A stretch of 64,000 bases of DNA. Source: Carcharhinus amblyrhynchos (taxonomy: Eukaryota). Location: the NCBI GenBank assembly GCA_965287045.1, contig OZ336878.1, forward strand, positions 83,204,001 to 83,268,000, given 5' to 3'. Position 1 is the stretch's first letter, and each line of letters opens with the position of its first letter. This document shows, in pieces, positions 12,851-23,900 of the stretch. The position numbers and the translations under genes are program-made. The notes beneath the pieces were generated by a model. It saw nothing but the letters and a program-made list of their open reading frames with translations. It was not told the origin of the DNA and searched no databases.

Positions 12851-15309
12851 TCTACTCGTCAGCCTTCCATGTTTTACACTCGGTAGACTTAAGGTCATCC
12901 AAAACTCAATTGCCTGTGTCCTAACTCGCACCAAATTCCAGTCATCCATCGCCTCGGTGCTCACTGATCTACACTGTCTCCAGTTACATAATACGTTGAT
13001 TTTAACATTCTCATCCTTGTTTTTAAATCTCTCCAATGCCTCACTCCTCCCCAGCTCTATAATCCCCTCCAGCCCCCAAAAACTTCCCAAGATATCTGTG
13101 CTCCTCTAATTCTGGGCTTTTTGAACATGCTCTGTTCTAATTATGCACTGAGGGCGGTCATGGCCTTGGCTGACTAGGCCCTAAACTATGGCGTTCCCTC
13201 CCTACATCTCCACTTCTCTGGCCTTAAAACTTAGCTCTTTGGTAAACTTTCTGGTCATGCGTCCAATTTCTTTTTATGTAGCTCATGTCAAGTTGTTTTT
13301 TAATGCCCCTGTGATGCACATTGGGATATTTTATCAAGTTAAAAGCACTATGTAAATACAAGTTGTTGTTCTCACTGATTGCACCATCCCTTCCTTCCAA
13401 TCTATTCCCTCTTTCCTGCCTTAAGTTGCTTTGAGGTATATTTACACTGCATTTCTGAAGTACATATTAGCTGTCAAGGGCTTTGAATGACAATGTGAAA
13501 AATGTTATGTAAATGTGAGTTCTTTCTTTAGTGCAATTTGGAGGGAACATACTGGCACCATATGGTGCGAATCTGCACTGCAGTGGCAGTCTGTTCTGCA
13601 TAATCATTTTTTTCCAGAGTTTATATGATTTATTCAGAGGGGTACTTTTTAAAGTTCTCTTTATTTATTGTTTTGAAAAAACAAAATTGTATGTTGAAAT
13701 TTGTAAGATCCATGATTTACTTCCTTCACACTTCTCTGGGGAGTATTAGTCTGAATGTGGAATGCAGATTCTCGTGTGTGCATAGAGCTGGCAATAAGAA
13801 TTCTAAAGCTGGCCACAACACTCCCAGATTAGTAAAGAGAGAATAGAGTTCCCACTGTTGATTGCTATCCAGGGTTGTTTCCTCCTAAAGCTCGAGGATT
13901 TGTGAACAACGAGAGAGATCAGGATCAGTGATACCATTTCATTCAAACATCCTGCCAATTGCTCACTTTGATGTACATTTTACACTAGTTTACCTCCTAA
14001 TATGATTGCCAGTGAGGGTGAGCAAGGCACTAAGCATCCTCAGGAGACCAATGGAAATGGAAGGGAAAAGCAGTTCTCTTAATGAAACCATTTGTTTTGA
14101 TGACTGTTGTATTTGTGAATGAGAGCCCTTCAGGTGCAGGAATGTCCCTTATCTAAATGGTATCATATGTGAAAGTGTAAATTTCCCTGCGAGACTAAGG
14201 CTGAAATGAGAACCTGATTCTCTAAGTCCACTGGCAGTTTTAACACACTACTGGATTTATATTTACTGTCTCAACTCAGAAGAAGAGTATTTTCCATTGT
14301 ACCCAATTCAAATAGACTTTTTAAATGGCATTGATCTGAAAACTAAAACAATCAAGCAATTAAATTGCTTTTCGTGCAGTTTAAATGCTGTAGATAATCT
14401 GAAATCATCTTCCTACTAGTATGTGATACTAGTAGGGTCTTGTGCTCTGCAAATCTCCCATTAGTACCATTTGCCTGTGGTACTTGCTCATTTGGAACAG
14501 GAGCCCCTTGAGCCCGGTCCATCATTCAATTCAGTCACACTCCATATACATGGCAGACCTGATTTAATCTCCCAGCACTCAGTGAGGGTCACGTTCAGTA
14601 ACAGCTATTTAGACACACCAGGTGTAGGTGTTTGTCTTCGGGGAAAGAACATGTACAATGTATACCCTGAATCTAATGTTCAACAAATACATGGCTGCCA
14701 TCTTACTGACCCTTGATGGTTGCCTGTGATCAGCATTGGTCACTTCAAACATGAAAAGAAGGACCTTGCATCTATTTCAAAACTCGTCTACAGCACATAT
14801 CAAGGACATGCTGGAGCATGCACTGTTAAGCTACCAGTTTTTCCAGCTATACAGCCTAACCAGTAGCTGCTGAAAAAATAATGGAAGTTTATTTTTAAAC
14901 TTCCTTATATAGACCATGGAAAAGCAAGAGTGCTGTTCCCAGCTCCACCTCACTGCTGCCAACCCATACTTTACCCTCCTGTATCTCATTCCCCCATTTA
15001 TTGGAGCATAAGATGTTTCTGGAGCTCAGTGAGAATCTTTGGCCTCCTTCCTCTTCTTCCACATCCATTCATCTACCTGTAGTCACAATCTTTTATTGTT
15101 TGCCTTTTGCAAAATCTGCAGGTTTCAGTCAGCTGTAGTCCTACACAGCATTTACAAGCAGCACTCGGGAGGATGTGAAAAATAGAAGAAGACCATTTGG
15201 CTCTTTGAGCCTGTTCTGACATTTATGGCTGATCTTCTACCTCAGTTTCCTTGCCTGGACTATCCCCATATCTCTCAGTTCCCTTGAACGATTGACCTCT
15301 GCCTGCATA

Positions 15310-15710
15310 ACACGTGTCAGACAATGACCTTCTCCAACAAGACAGAATCTAAACATCGCACCTCAACATTCTGTGACATTACTGTCACTGAATCCCCCAC
15401 TATAAACATCCTGGGGGTTAACATTGACCATAATCTGAACTGAACTTGCCATACAAATGCTGTGGCTACAAGAGCAGGTAAGAGGCTAGGAATTCAGTAA
15501 CTTGCCTCTTGACTCACCAGAACCTGTGAACCAATTCAGGATTGTGATGGAATACTCTCTTGTCTGGATGAGTGTAGCTCCAACAGTCAAGATGCTTGAC
15601 ACCATCCAGGACAAAATAGCCTGCTTGATTGGCACTCCATCTGCAAACATTCACTCCCTTAACCATTGACATACAGTAGCAGCAGTGTGTTCCATCTACA
15701 AGATGCACTA
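15310..15710 (+). mobile_element. LINE 3' coding fragment (same family as 43730-45605)
   Basis: Shares gaatcccccactat..catcctgggggtt and tggatgagtgtagctccaaca with the 44.9-45.3 kb copy. Confidence 0.7.
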
Positions 15711-16269
15711 CCTGGCCAGGAGAAACACCCTTCCAGTATCTGCACTGTCAATCTCTTTAAGAAATATACTTGTTTGAATGAGATCACCTGACATCCCCTA
15801 AATTCCAGGGTTTTTAGGTTCAATTCACAACAATATTAGCTCAGTTTGCTGCAGGAAACAACTGTATTCCAAGCCATATTTTTGACACTCCTGAATTAGA
15901 TCATGGAAAATCTGTACCTCATCTCCATTTGCCTGCTTTTGCACCATAATCCTTAAGATTGTAACCTAACAAAAATATGTCTATCTTAGTCTTCTAAATT
16001 TTAATTGACTTCTAGCATCCACAGCCTTTTGGGGGAAAGAGTTTCAGATTTTAACAGTTTTGTGTTTTCACTCTTGGTGGCCTGACACGAATTTTAAGCC
16101 TGTGCCCTTCCCTATCACAAGCATTTGATTGCCTGCATCTACTTCTAACATCCTAAATACCTCGACTGCATAGCTTGGGTGTGTCATTTCACAGATGAGG
16201 AAGTTTTCTGTTGGCAAGGCACAAATGGGCAGCCAAGTTCGCTGAACCCCTGGCAAAAGTCAAACCAAA

Positions 16270-16905
16270 GTTGTAAAAAGCCCAAACAAAGCACTGTGGT
16301 TCAAGACTAGAGAAGTAGAAATCAAAAGCTGAGAAGTCAAGTTAAATTTATAAAGAACCTTATTTAGATGCACTTCAGAACACCATGTCAGGTCTGGTCT
16401 TCTCTACTACAAAAAAGGATACAGGAACATTAGAGAGGATGCAAAGAAGATTTGCAAGGATGATACAAGAACTGGAAATAAATAACTACCAGGAAAGACT
16501 AAACAGGTAGGGTCCCATTTCCTTTAGGAAGCCACCAAATCAAGGTTATAAAATTAGGAAGGGACTTGATAGGGTAGGTACACAGAAATTGTTTCCACTT
16601 GTAAGAAAGTTCAAAACTAAGAGCAATTAAATGTAAGATGGTCACTGGTAAATTCAATAGGAAATTCAGAATAAACCTAGTTACCCAGAGAGTAGTTCAA
16701 ATGTGGAACTCACAAGCTCATGGAATAGTAAAATCAAATAGGATGCATTTAAGAGAAAACTAGCTAAGTAAGTAAGAGAGAAAGGATTAGGAAGATGTAC
16801 TGACAGGGTGAACTGAAAGGGAAGCTCGCGTGGAGGATAGACATTGACATAGTTCACATGGGCTGAATGGGCTGTTTCTGTGCCATAAATTCCCTGTAAT
16901 TCCAT
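16270..16905 (+). mobile_element. Decayed CR1 3' fragment
   Basis: ORF2 C-terminal remnants and tail gggctgaatgggctgtttctgtg. Confidence 0.7.
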
Positions 16906-17012
16906 GAGAGAGCAGAGATTTCAGGAGAGCAAGGTGTAGGTACGAAAGTGATTTGATTGATGCTATGAATTCTGGTCTTTAATTCTTACATTGACCTGTT
17001 TCTCACCCCCAG

Positions 17013-17073
17013 AGTGAGGCCCCGTGATGCGGCCGTGTTAATCGAAGACACAGATGATGAAGCGTACACATGA
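17013..17073 (+). CDS. XPR1: XPR1 terminal coding exon
   Basis: Acceptor ttctcacccccag|a. Encodes [19 protein letters not shown] (TGA at 17071-17073), resembling the human end [12 protein letters not shown]. Confidence 0.92.
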
Positions 17074-17831
17074 AAGTCAACACCAAGCAGTCACTGTCCT
17101 TCACACGTTCCAGTTCTACCAGGCACTGAACACAATCTGCCACTGTGCGTGGCAATAGACTCGATTCCATTTTTTCCCCTTTGTTTTAATATATTAATTT
17201 AAACCGATTTAAAAATAAGTGTTGTAACGAACAATTTTACAACTGACAGCAAAACATATCCACAAGGATCAAATCAAACAGAACAAACTCTGTGCTGGAA
17301 AATACCAATTTTCTTTTTGTTTTGTCTTGTACTTTTTTTCTCTCTCTCAGGCTCAGTATAGCTAGGGCTGGTTTAAACTGGTTTCTTCAAGTCTTTCTGA
17401 CTGGCTCATGGCCCTGGTTGCACTTGCAGGGAAAGTGCACTTAATTGTACTTCCTACGTGAAGTTATGGTGTTTAAAAAATTCATTTTGATATGCATTTG
17501 TTCTGTTCCAATTGGAAATGTTCATATTATTTATGAAAGAAACTTGTGTCCTGTCTGTTGATGCAGAACTTAGTGTCAATGTTCGTTGAACTTTATTTTT
17601 GTGTTTCGGTCAGTGGTTAGCTTTCCTCTTGCAAGAAAGCTAAGCATCTTTATTAAGAGCACTTCAAAGCTTTCTTTGAAGTGCTCTTCCTGCAGAATTG
17701 TCAAATGCAGAAGTCCTGCATCCAACACAGACCACCAAGCTACATTCCACTGGTACAAGTTACCTATGACAGGCTAGCTTAACAAAAAACTTTGCAGATA
17801 CCACAAAATATGTTTGTATTATTTATAAATC

Positions 17832-17960
17832 ATGGCCAGAATTCTCTAACCTCACATGCGGCTGGGATTCTCTGGTCCTGCTGCAGTGAATGGAGATTTG
17901 ACTGAATGTCAAATTCTCTGTTCTCACTGGGCCATACAAGACCAGAAAATTCTGGCCCAT
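17832..17960. mobile_element. Short MITE-like element with terminal inverted repeats
   Basis: atggccagaatt...aattctggcccat termini; a possibly related decayed element lies at about 8806-8933. Confidence 0.55.
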
Positions 17961-20641
17961 ATTTACAGCCAGTGGTATCAAGGACTGTTGCAAAGAAATT
18001 ATTCTTCATTTCAAATTCTTCTTTTTGTGAAATTTAACAATTTACATACCCCAGAAATTTAGTTGGAAATTCGCATGAATAAAGTTTTTGGCCAAAGTTT
18101 GAATGTCAAATGATGGATTCCCTCAGTGCATCAGTTTAATCTGTCAATCTTGTTGTTCATTTTCTGATACCACTGCTGGATCCCGCTGCTTTCTTGCTAC
18201 ATGCCCAACCTGTCATAGGAGCTGGAATGTTGATTGGTGCAGTGAAGATTTTCCCAGGAACCATCAGTGCTATCGTTGTAAGAGCTGCCCTTCTCACTTC
18301 CTGGAGAGAGTGCCACAATGAGTTTCTCCAGTAACTTAGATTCATGGCAGCATGTGACCCTTAGCCCCGTGGGCGGATGTTTCAGTGGAGCCATCTTAAG
18401 ATGCAATTCAGTTGGCCAAAACCTAGATCAGTGGAGAGATTTCAATGCAGTGGGTTATGACCATTGTGCCAATGATTGGCTGCACATTTCAGGGTTCAGA
18501 ATTTGCTATTAATGTATGTCACTGTGAAAATTAGTAATAGTGAAGTTGGGAATTGTTCATTAATCGCTCATGTCACGTTCTGAATTCATTCCATTTATCT
18601 AATCTTTACAGGGATTTTTTTAAATGTAGTTGATTTAGCTGGATTGGGACATTCAGAAAGTATAATAATGATTCTCTTCTGATAGTCTTAAGAGGGCTCC
18701 ATTGTAACAAAGAACCTGTGATCCTGGACGTACACAAAGGCGATCAAGGTAAGTTCTGGCTCTGTGTCAGAAGAACTCTACATCTCATGGCTGAGCCTCG
18801 TAGAACAAACTTTGTTACAGATGTCACATGGGTAGGGGAAGACTTCATTGTAAAGGATCCATGAGTTTGGCATGCTTGGATGCAGGACTGCCTTCACAAC
18901 AGAGTATAACTTAGCACAATCATTTGGAACTGTAAGTTGAAGCAAATGCGTGAGCATTGGATATGATCAAAGTTTTTGGTGAATGAATCATTCATAAACA
19001 AAATAACGGCTTTAAAAAAACCCTTTCCAAATCTCACTGGCAGAAATTCACAACATTCACCCATGTTTCGGTTTGCAGCAATAGCTTGTTTTATACAAAA
19101 TTTTCACATTCCTGTTGCCTTCTGTTAATAAAGTGTACGGAAAATGGATGTGATTAAGTCATATTGTGATACCTACAGAGGAAGGGGGAAGAAAAGGGAT
19201 ACCATGTCACTAGGCTGAATTTGAACGTGTCTGTGAACATGGTAGCTCAACAAACCAGATTCAGGCAGTTCCACAGTGTAAGCATTGGGAACTTCTTTTT
19301 ATATCCTGGGACTGCTTCCATTGAAAGCACTTCCATAATGGAGTGAGTTCCTGTTATTGTTGAATCTGACTTCTTTATATTGTGGGGGAAGACTCAACAA
19401 TAAGGGGCAATTGTGCAGACTAAAGCAGCCAGTCAGATTGGTAAATCCAGCCTCACATGAATGCTGGATGAAGCTTTGTACTGCTTAGCAATAGGGCAAA
19501 TGTATGTAGAGTAAGTCCTGTATGTGATGCTAAGAAGCAGAGCTAGAAGGGAGCTTATATTACCTTGAGAAAGCTAGCCAGGGAAAGATATGTATGCGCT
19601 CTAGCATTATTTATGTTGCTGTGTTAGGCAACCATTATGACAAATACAGTGCTCTGTGACCAACAATGGAGTTGAGGTTTGGTGAAGCCATTCAAAAGTT
19701 CAGAATTAATGCAGTATGAATGGGCATTATTTGATCTCTGTTTGGGTTCAATCCAGCATCGTAACCAACTTATGAATGAGGCTCAACCTAAACTTAAATG
19801 TAAGTACAAAAAGTGAACCGCAAGCCTAGATTGCCAAATATCTTTCGGGGAGCAATTTTGTATCTTTCCTTCCTTTATTTTAATCTGGGGCTCAATTTGC
19901 TAAATTGAATTGTGACACAGAATGATTAGCTTTCACTAAAAAAATCTAAACAAGCATGGTATTTTTTCTTTTCTGAATTGGGGCTATGGTTTGCTGAATT
20001 TCTGACAGGCCCAATCTATACAGTGTACCCTTCCGGTCTCCTTCCACCCACAGGTACAAATAAAAGCCAGGAAACCTTTGCAGACTCGCTAGTTACAAAA
20101 TCCTAGATCTGTGGGTAGCATACTGTAATGGTGAAGGTAATAATGGGGAGCAGCAGAAGAGCTGTTGATATTTGAAGGTTACTGAACTCATGTCTCATCC
20201 CTCTCCCTTCTTTATTAGTTCCTCACAGAGACTGGATAATTTTTGATTGAGGGACATGGAGCATTCCAGTGCCTGCTTTGCACAGCCACCCAAAACCTAA
20301 ATTCATCACCTTGCTTGTTGGAAGCTTTCATTGTTGGAAGCTTTGAACAAGGAGACCAAGTGTAGGATCAGTCTCCTTTTTGTTGTTAATATACAAAGAC
20401 ACATAATCCTTCAGGATGGGAATAATTATACTTCATACAGTTGAAGGGGATAGTACCACAGCATTGCTTGAAGTCACTGTGGAGGGCAGGCTCAATCTAC
20501 AAAGCTTTGTTGTGTGTAGAAAACCGGAAACCTAAATAAATTCATTCAGACTTCAACAAAATGAGAATCAAATCCATGAGCATTGATGACTTCTGTTCTT
20601 GGACAGAGGTACAACTAGTCCATTCTGAACTACTCATCTTT

Positions 20642-20980
20642 CTATAACCAGTGATAGGACCATTTTAAAACACACCCCTCTCTAGAGCCTGCAACTGGCC
20701 CATTCTAAATGACTTCACCCCTCTTTAGAACCTGTGACTGGCCCATTCTAAAACACACATCCTCTGTAACCAGTGACTGATCCATTCTAAACACATCCCT
20801 CTGTAACCAGTGACTGGCCCATTCTAAACACATCCCTCTGTAACCAGTGACTGATCTATTCTAAAAACACCCCTCTGTAACCGGTGACTGATCCATTCTA
20901 AACACACTCCTCTGTAATTAGTAACTGGCCTATTCTATTACACATACCCCTCTATAACCAAAAACTTGCCCATTCCTAAT
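20642..20980. repeat. Minisatellite, about 9 copies of a 37-41 bp unit
   Basis: Core unit ctgtaaccagtgactg(g/a)(c/t)ccattctaaacacatccct; central copies near-identical, edge copies diverged. Confidence 0.9.
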
Positions 20981-23900
20981 TACCTTTGAGATGGGCATAT
21001 TGTTTGATTGAGTCACTGGTTTTGCCTATTCTTTAGACGGCTGTGCTCTATTTCATGAGCTACCTCTCATCAACTGTCAGCCCATAGTCAGTATATCATA
21101 TTTCTGATCAACTGAGAGAATGGTCACTATTAAGTAGGCCACAAGCTGGAACATTCTACTCCAGGGAAAGGGAGAAATCTATGAACTGACATTGTGTTTG
21201 ACGATTCTAACGACTCTTTATAAAGATGTGAAATTACTTAGAGAAGCTTGATTCTGTGACCACCAAATGTTCCTACTGCAATATGGCAGGGTTGGAGCAC
21301 AGACAGAGGGAGCCTTGAAGCTGTGACATCAGCACTAGAAGGTAAGTCGCTTCAATTATTGATATAAAGTTGTCCCCTTTTCAAAAAAAATCTGCCATGT
21401 CTCCCTCTTTGGCTCATTGGTTTCTAAATCAGTTGGACTTGGACGAAACTTACACCCTAAACCATGCCCCTCCAAAAAAAAACTCCATTGACCAGTCCTG
21501 GAGTGCAAGTAGAAACGAAAGCAAGGGACGCCTGGCTTGATGTGATTTCATAAGTAACGTCAGTACCATTCACCACACTTTCCTGCCGAAGGACCTAAGA
21601 ATGCAGTAACTCTGTCTGAAATTAAGAGTGCAAATAATAAATTTGGACAGCTGCAGGATAGCAGTTCTCCCTTTTTTGGCATTGGATAGCAGCAGAGAAG
21701 CACAAGCATTATCAAAGCTGTCCACAATTGTGATCATTCCATTCCACCCAAAACAGTGGCAAATTATCTTGGGAGATAGAGATTTAAGGCTAAAACCTAA
21801 ATGATCACACAATGCAAAGATATGATCTGGTCCATACAGATAATTTGGTGTTTTCACAAAGTCATTATTTTCAGTTGGTTAAGTGCCAACCTGCTTAATA
21901 ACCTAACTCAAAAATTAACCCTGCAAAATCGTTTACCTAATGTTAAATAAATGAAACTGGATGTTATTGTGAAAACAAGATGCAAGTTTGGAGACCTTGT
22001 GCATCCACTCTTGGTCCCAAAAATATACCTTTGTTAATCTTCTACCAAACATCCACAGTGAGCATTTTTGAGCTGCTATTTGGTGCATGAAAAACTTAAT
22101 TCACTTGTATGGTACTAAGCCTTGCTGAGCTGCAAAGGATCATAACCTCCTGAGCAGTCAGCTTGTCCTAATTCACCTGTACTGTAATTAATACATCCTT
22201 AACTCCAGTTATGTGACAGAACTAACACAGTTATAACCAATTTGAAAACCCAAATGACGAAAGCTCAGCTTTATTACTGGTGCAGTCGTATTGATCACTC
22301 CCTCTTGGTGTTCTATTCTGATTCACTTGTCTGGTTTTAAATGGACTTGGCTTTAGAAAGTCTGCTAAACTGGCCGTACTCCTTCCCCACAAATGCCTTT
22401 TCACCTTACCAACAAGCACCACATCCTCAGACACTAGGGATGAACCTGGCACAGCACTTCAGTTCCTGATACTGCTAAGCCAGTTCTGGGAGGTATGCAA
22501 TCTGGGGTTCTGACCCTTTGTCTCTCTTGGGAAGAGCCTGGGCTCAGTACAACATCATTTCCATCCTCGTTCCCCCAACCCTGGAGTGTAGAATGAAGAG
22601 CAGAAACATGAATTTGGCTCGGCTGTGCAAAGTGGCATTAGAGTCTAGTTGTCTTATCCAGAAGACCCTGGCTGCTAAGCTACTGGACCTTTTTAACCTT
22701 AAAGGTGCTCACTCATTAGTCTCTGATAGCTGGACCATTTATACTGCATTAAATCAGTGTCTCAGGAGTTGAGCTGGTTCTCAAAAACTGCAAAAAAAAA
22801 GTTACTAATAAAACAGCAAGTCTCATCTGTAAATATTCTGAAGCCAGCTTTAGTTCCAACTGTAGTCTTGGGTATTCATGCTGCTATATGGTGCTGCACA
22901 GATTACAGAAGACTTGAGCCTTGCAAAAAGCAGGGTCAGTGATTTTCCCAATAGTGGCCCACATCTTTCACCTCTACTAATGTTATCACTCTCTATTGGG
23001 ACGCCTGACTTTTGCTTTTGTTCTTTGTCACCTATGCTCTAAACATTGCTTTCGCTTCACCAGATGCAAATGTCCTAAACGAAAATCTGCTTTTTCTGTG
23101 TCTGTCTCTGTTGACAAACAAATTGTAGAGCTTTAGTTGTGGAGTTAGGATAATTTTTGCTTGTAGCTATTGCTAACACCAGAGCGATATGTTCCTAGAC
23201 TGCACCAATGTAGCAGTATCTCAATTATTATTTTCAACTTCAATCTGTTGCCTTTATCTTTAAGGATTTCCCATCAGCAAAAAAACATGCATTTCAAAGT
23301 TACTTACAGCTATACTGCGATGGGACAGCTGTAGCTACCAGCAGCACTGTAACCTGAGAAGACAGCTGATACCCCTGTTTTTTTTTCTCTCTTTAGTTTA
23401 TATTTATTTAAAATGTAGTGTTTAGATTCCTTAAACACAGGATGAGCAGAAGAATGAAGAGCTGTGTAATCATTTAACATCTGGGCTCTAAATATACAGC
23501 TGCATGTTAACAAAGGAAAAAAGGTAGTCACACTGAGAATTAAGAGGACAACTTCAGCCAGGATACTACTGAGCACTGGTTCAGAGTGCCCAGGCACCCA
23601 CAATCTAGTATTAGACTGGCATGGAAGGTTTGAGAATTTGAAGAAAGGAAGGGGTGGTGGGGGTCCTTCGGAGATTGGAATTAAACCACATCATTCAATT
23701 GCACCTCACCAATGCTGCTGACACTGGCCTCAAAATTTGCAAGTGCATCTCCATAAAGCTCTGTAAAAGGGAATGGGATCTTAAATATGAAAAATGGTTA
23801 ATGATGTGTTTGCTTTACCCCCACTCTCTGAATCACTTCCTTTGTCTCGCCTTCCCCTGTATAATTGCAGCTGTTATTTTCCTAAATACCTAATCATTGT

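Larger units (their letters stand above)
8940..13370 (+). mobile_element. Old L2-type LINE (8940-10020 and 12850-13370) interrupted by SINE and CR1 insertions
   Basis: L2-like motifs STKTALSKVTND, FDLSGAF, LKVIQNSIACVLTRTK...SVLTDLHCL and the tail gcactatgtaaatacaagttgttgtt. Confidence 0.7.

Noticed and set aside
17655-17688. Hairpin as a histone stem-loop or pre-miRNA
   Set aside because: It does not match the 6-bp histone stem consensus and is too short for a canonical pre-miRNA; kept only as a UTR structure.
20642-20980. CRISPR-like periodicity of about 37 bp
   Set aside because: Units are contiguous with no unique spacers, there are no cas genes, and the context is vertebrate; it is a minisatellite.
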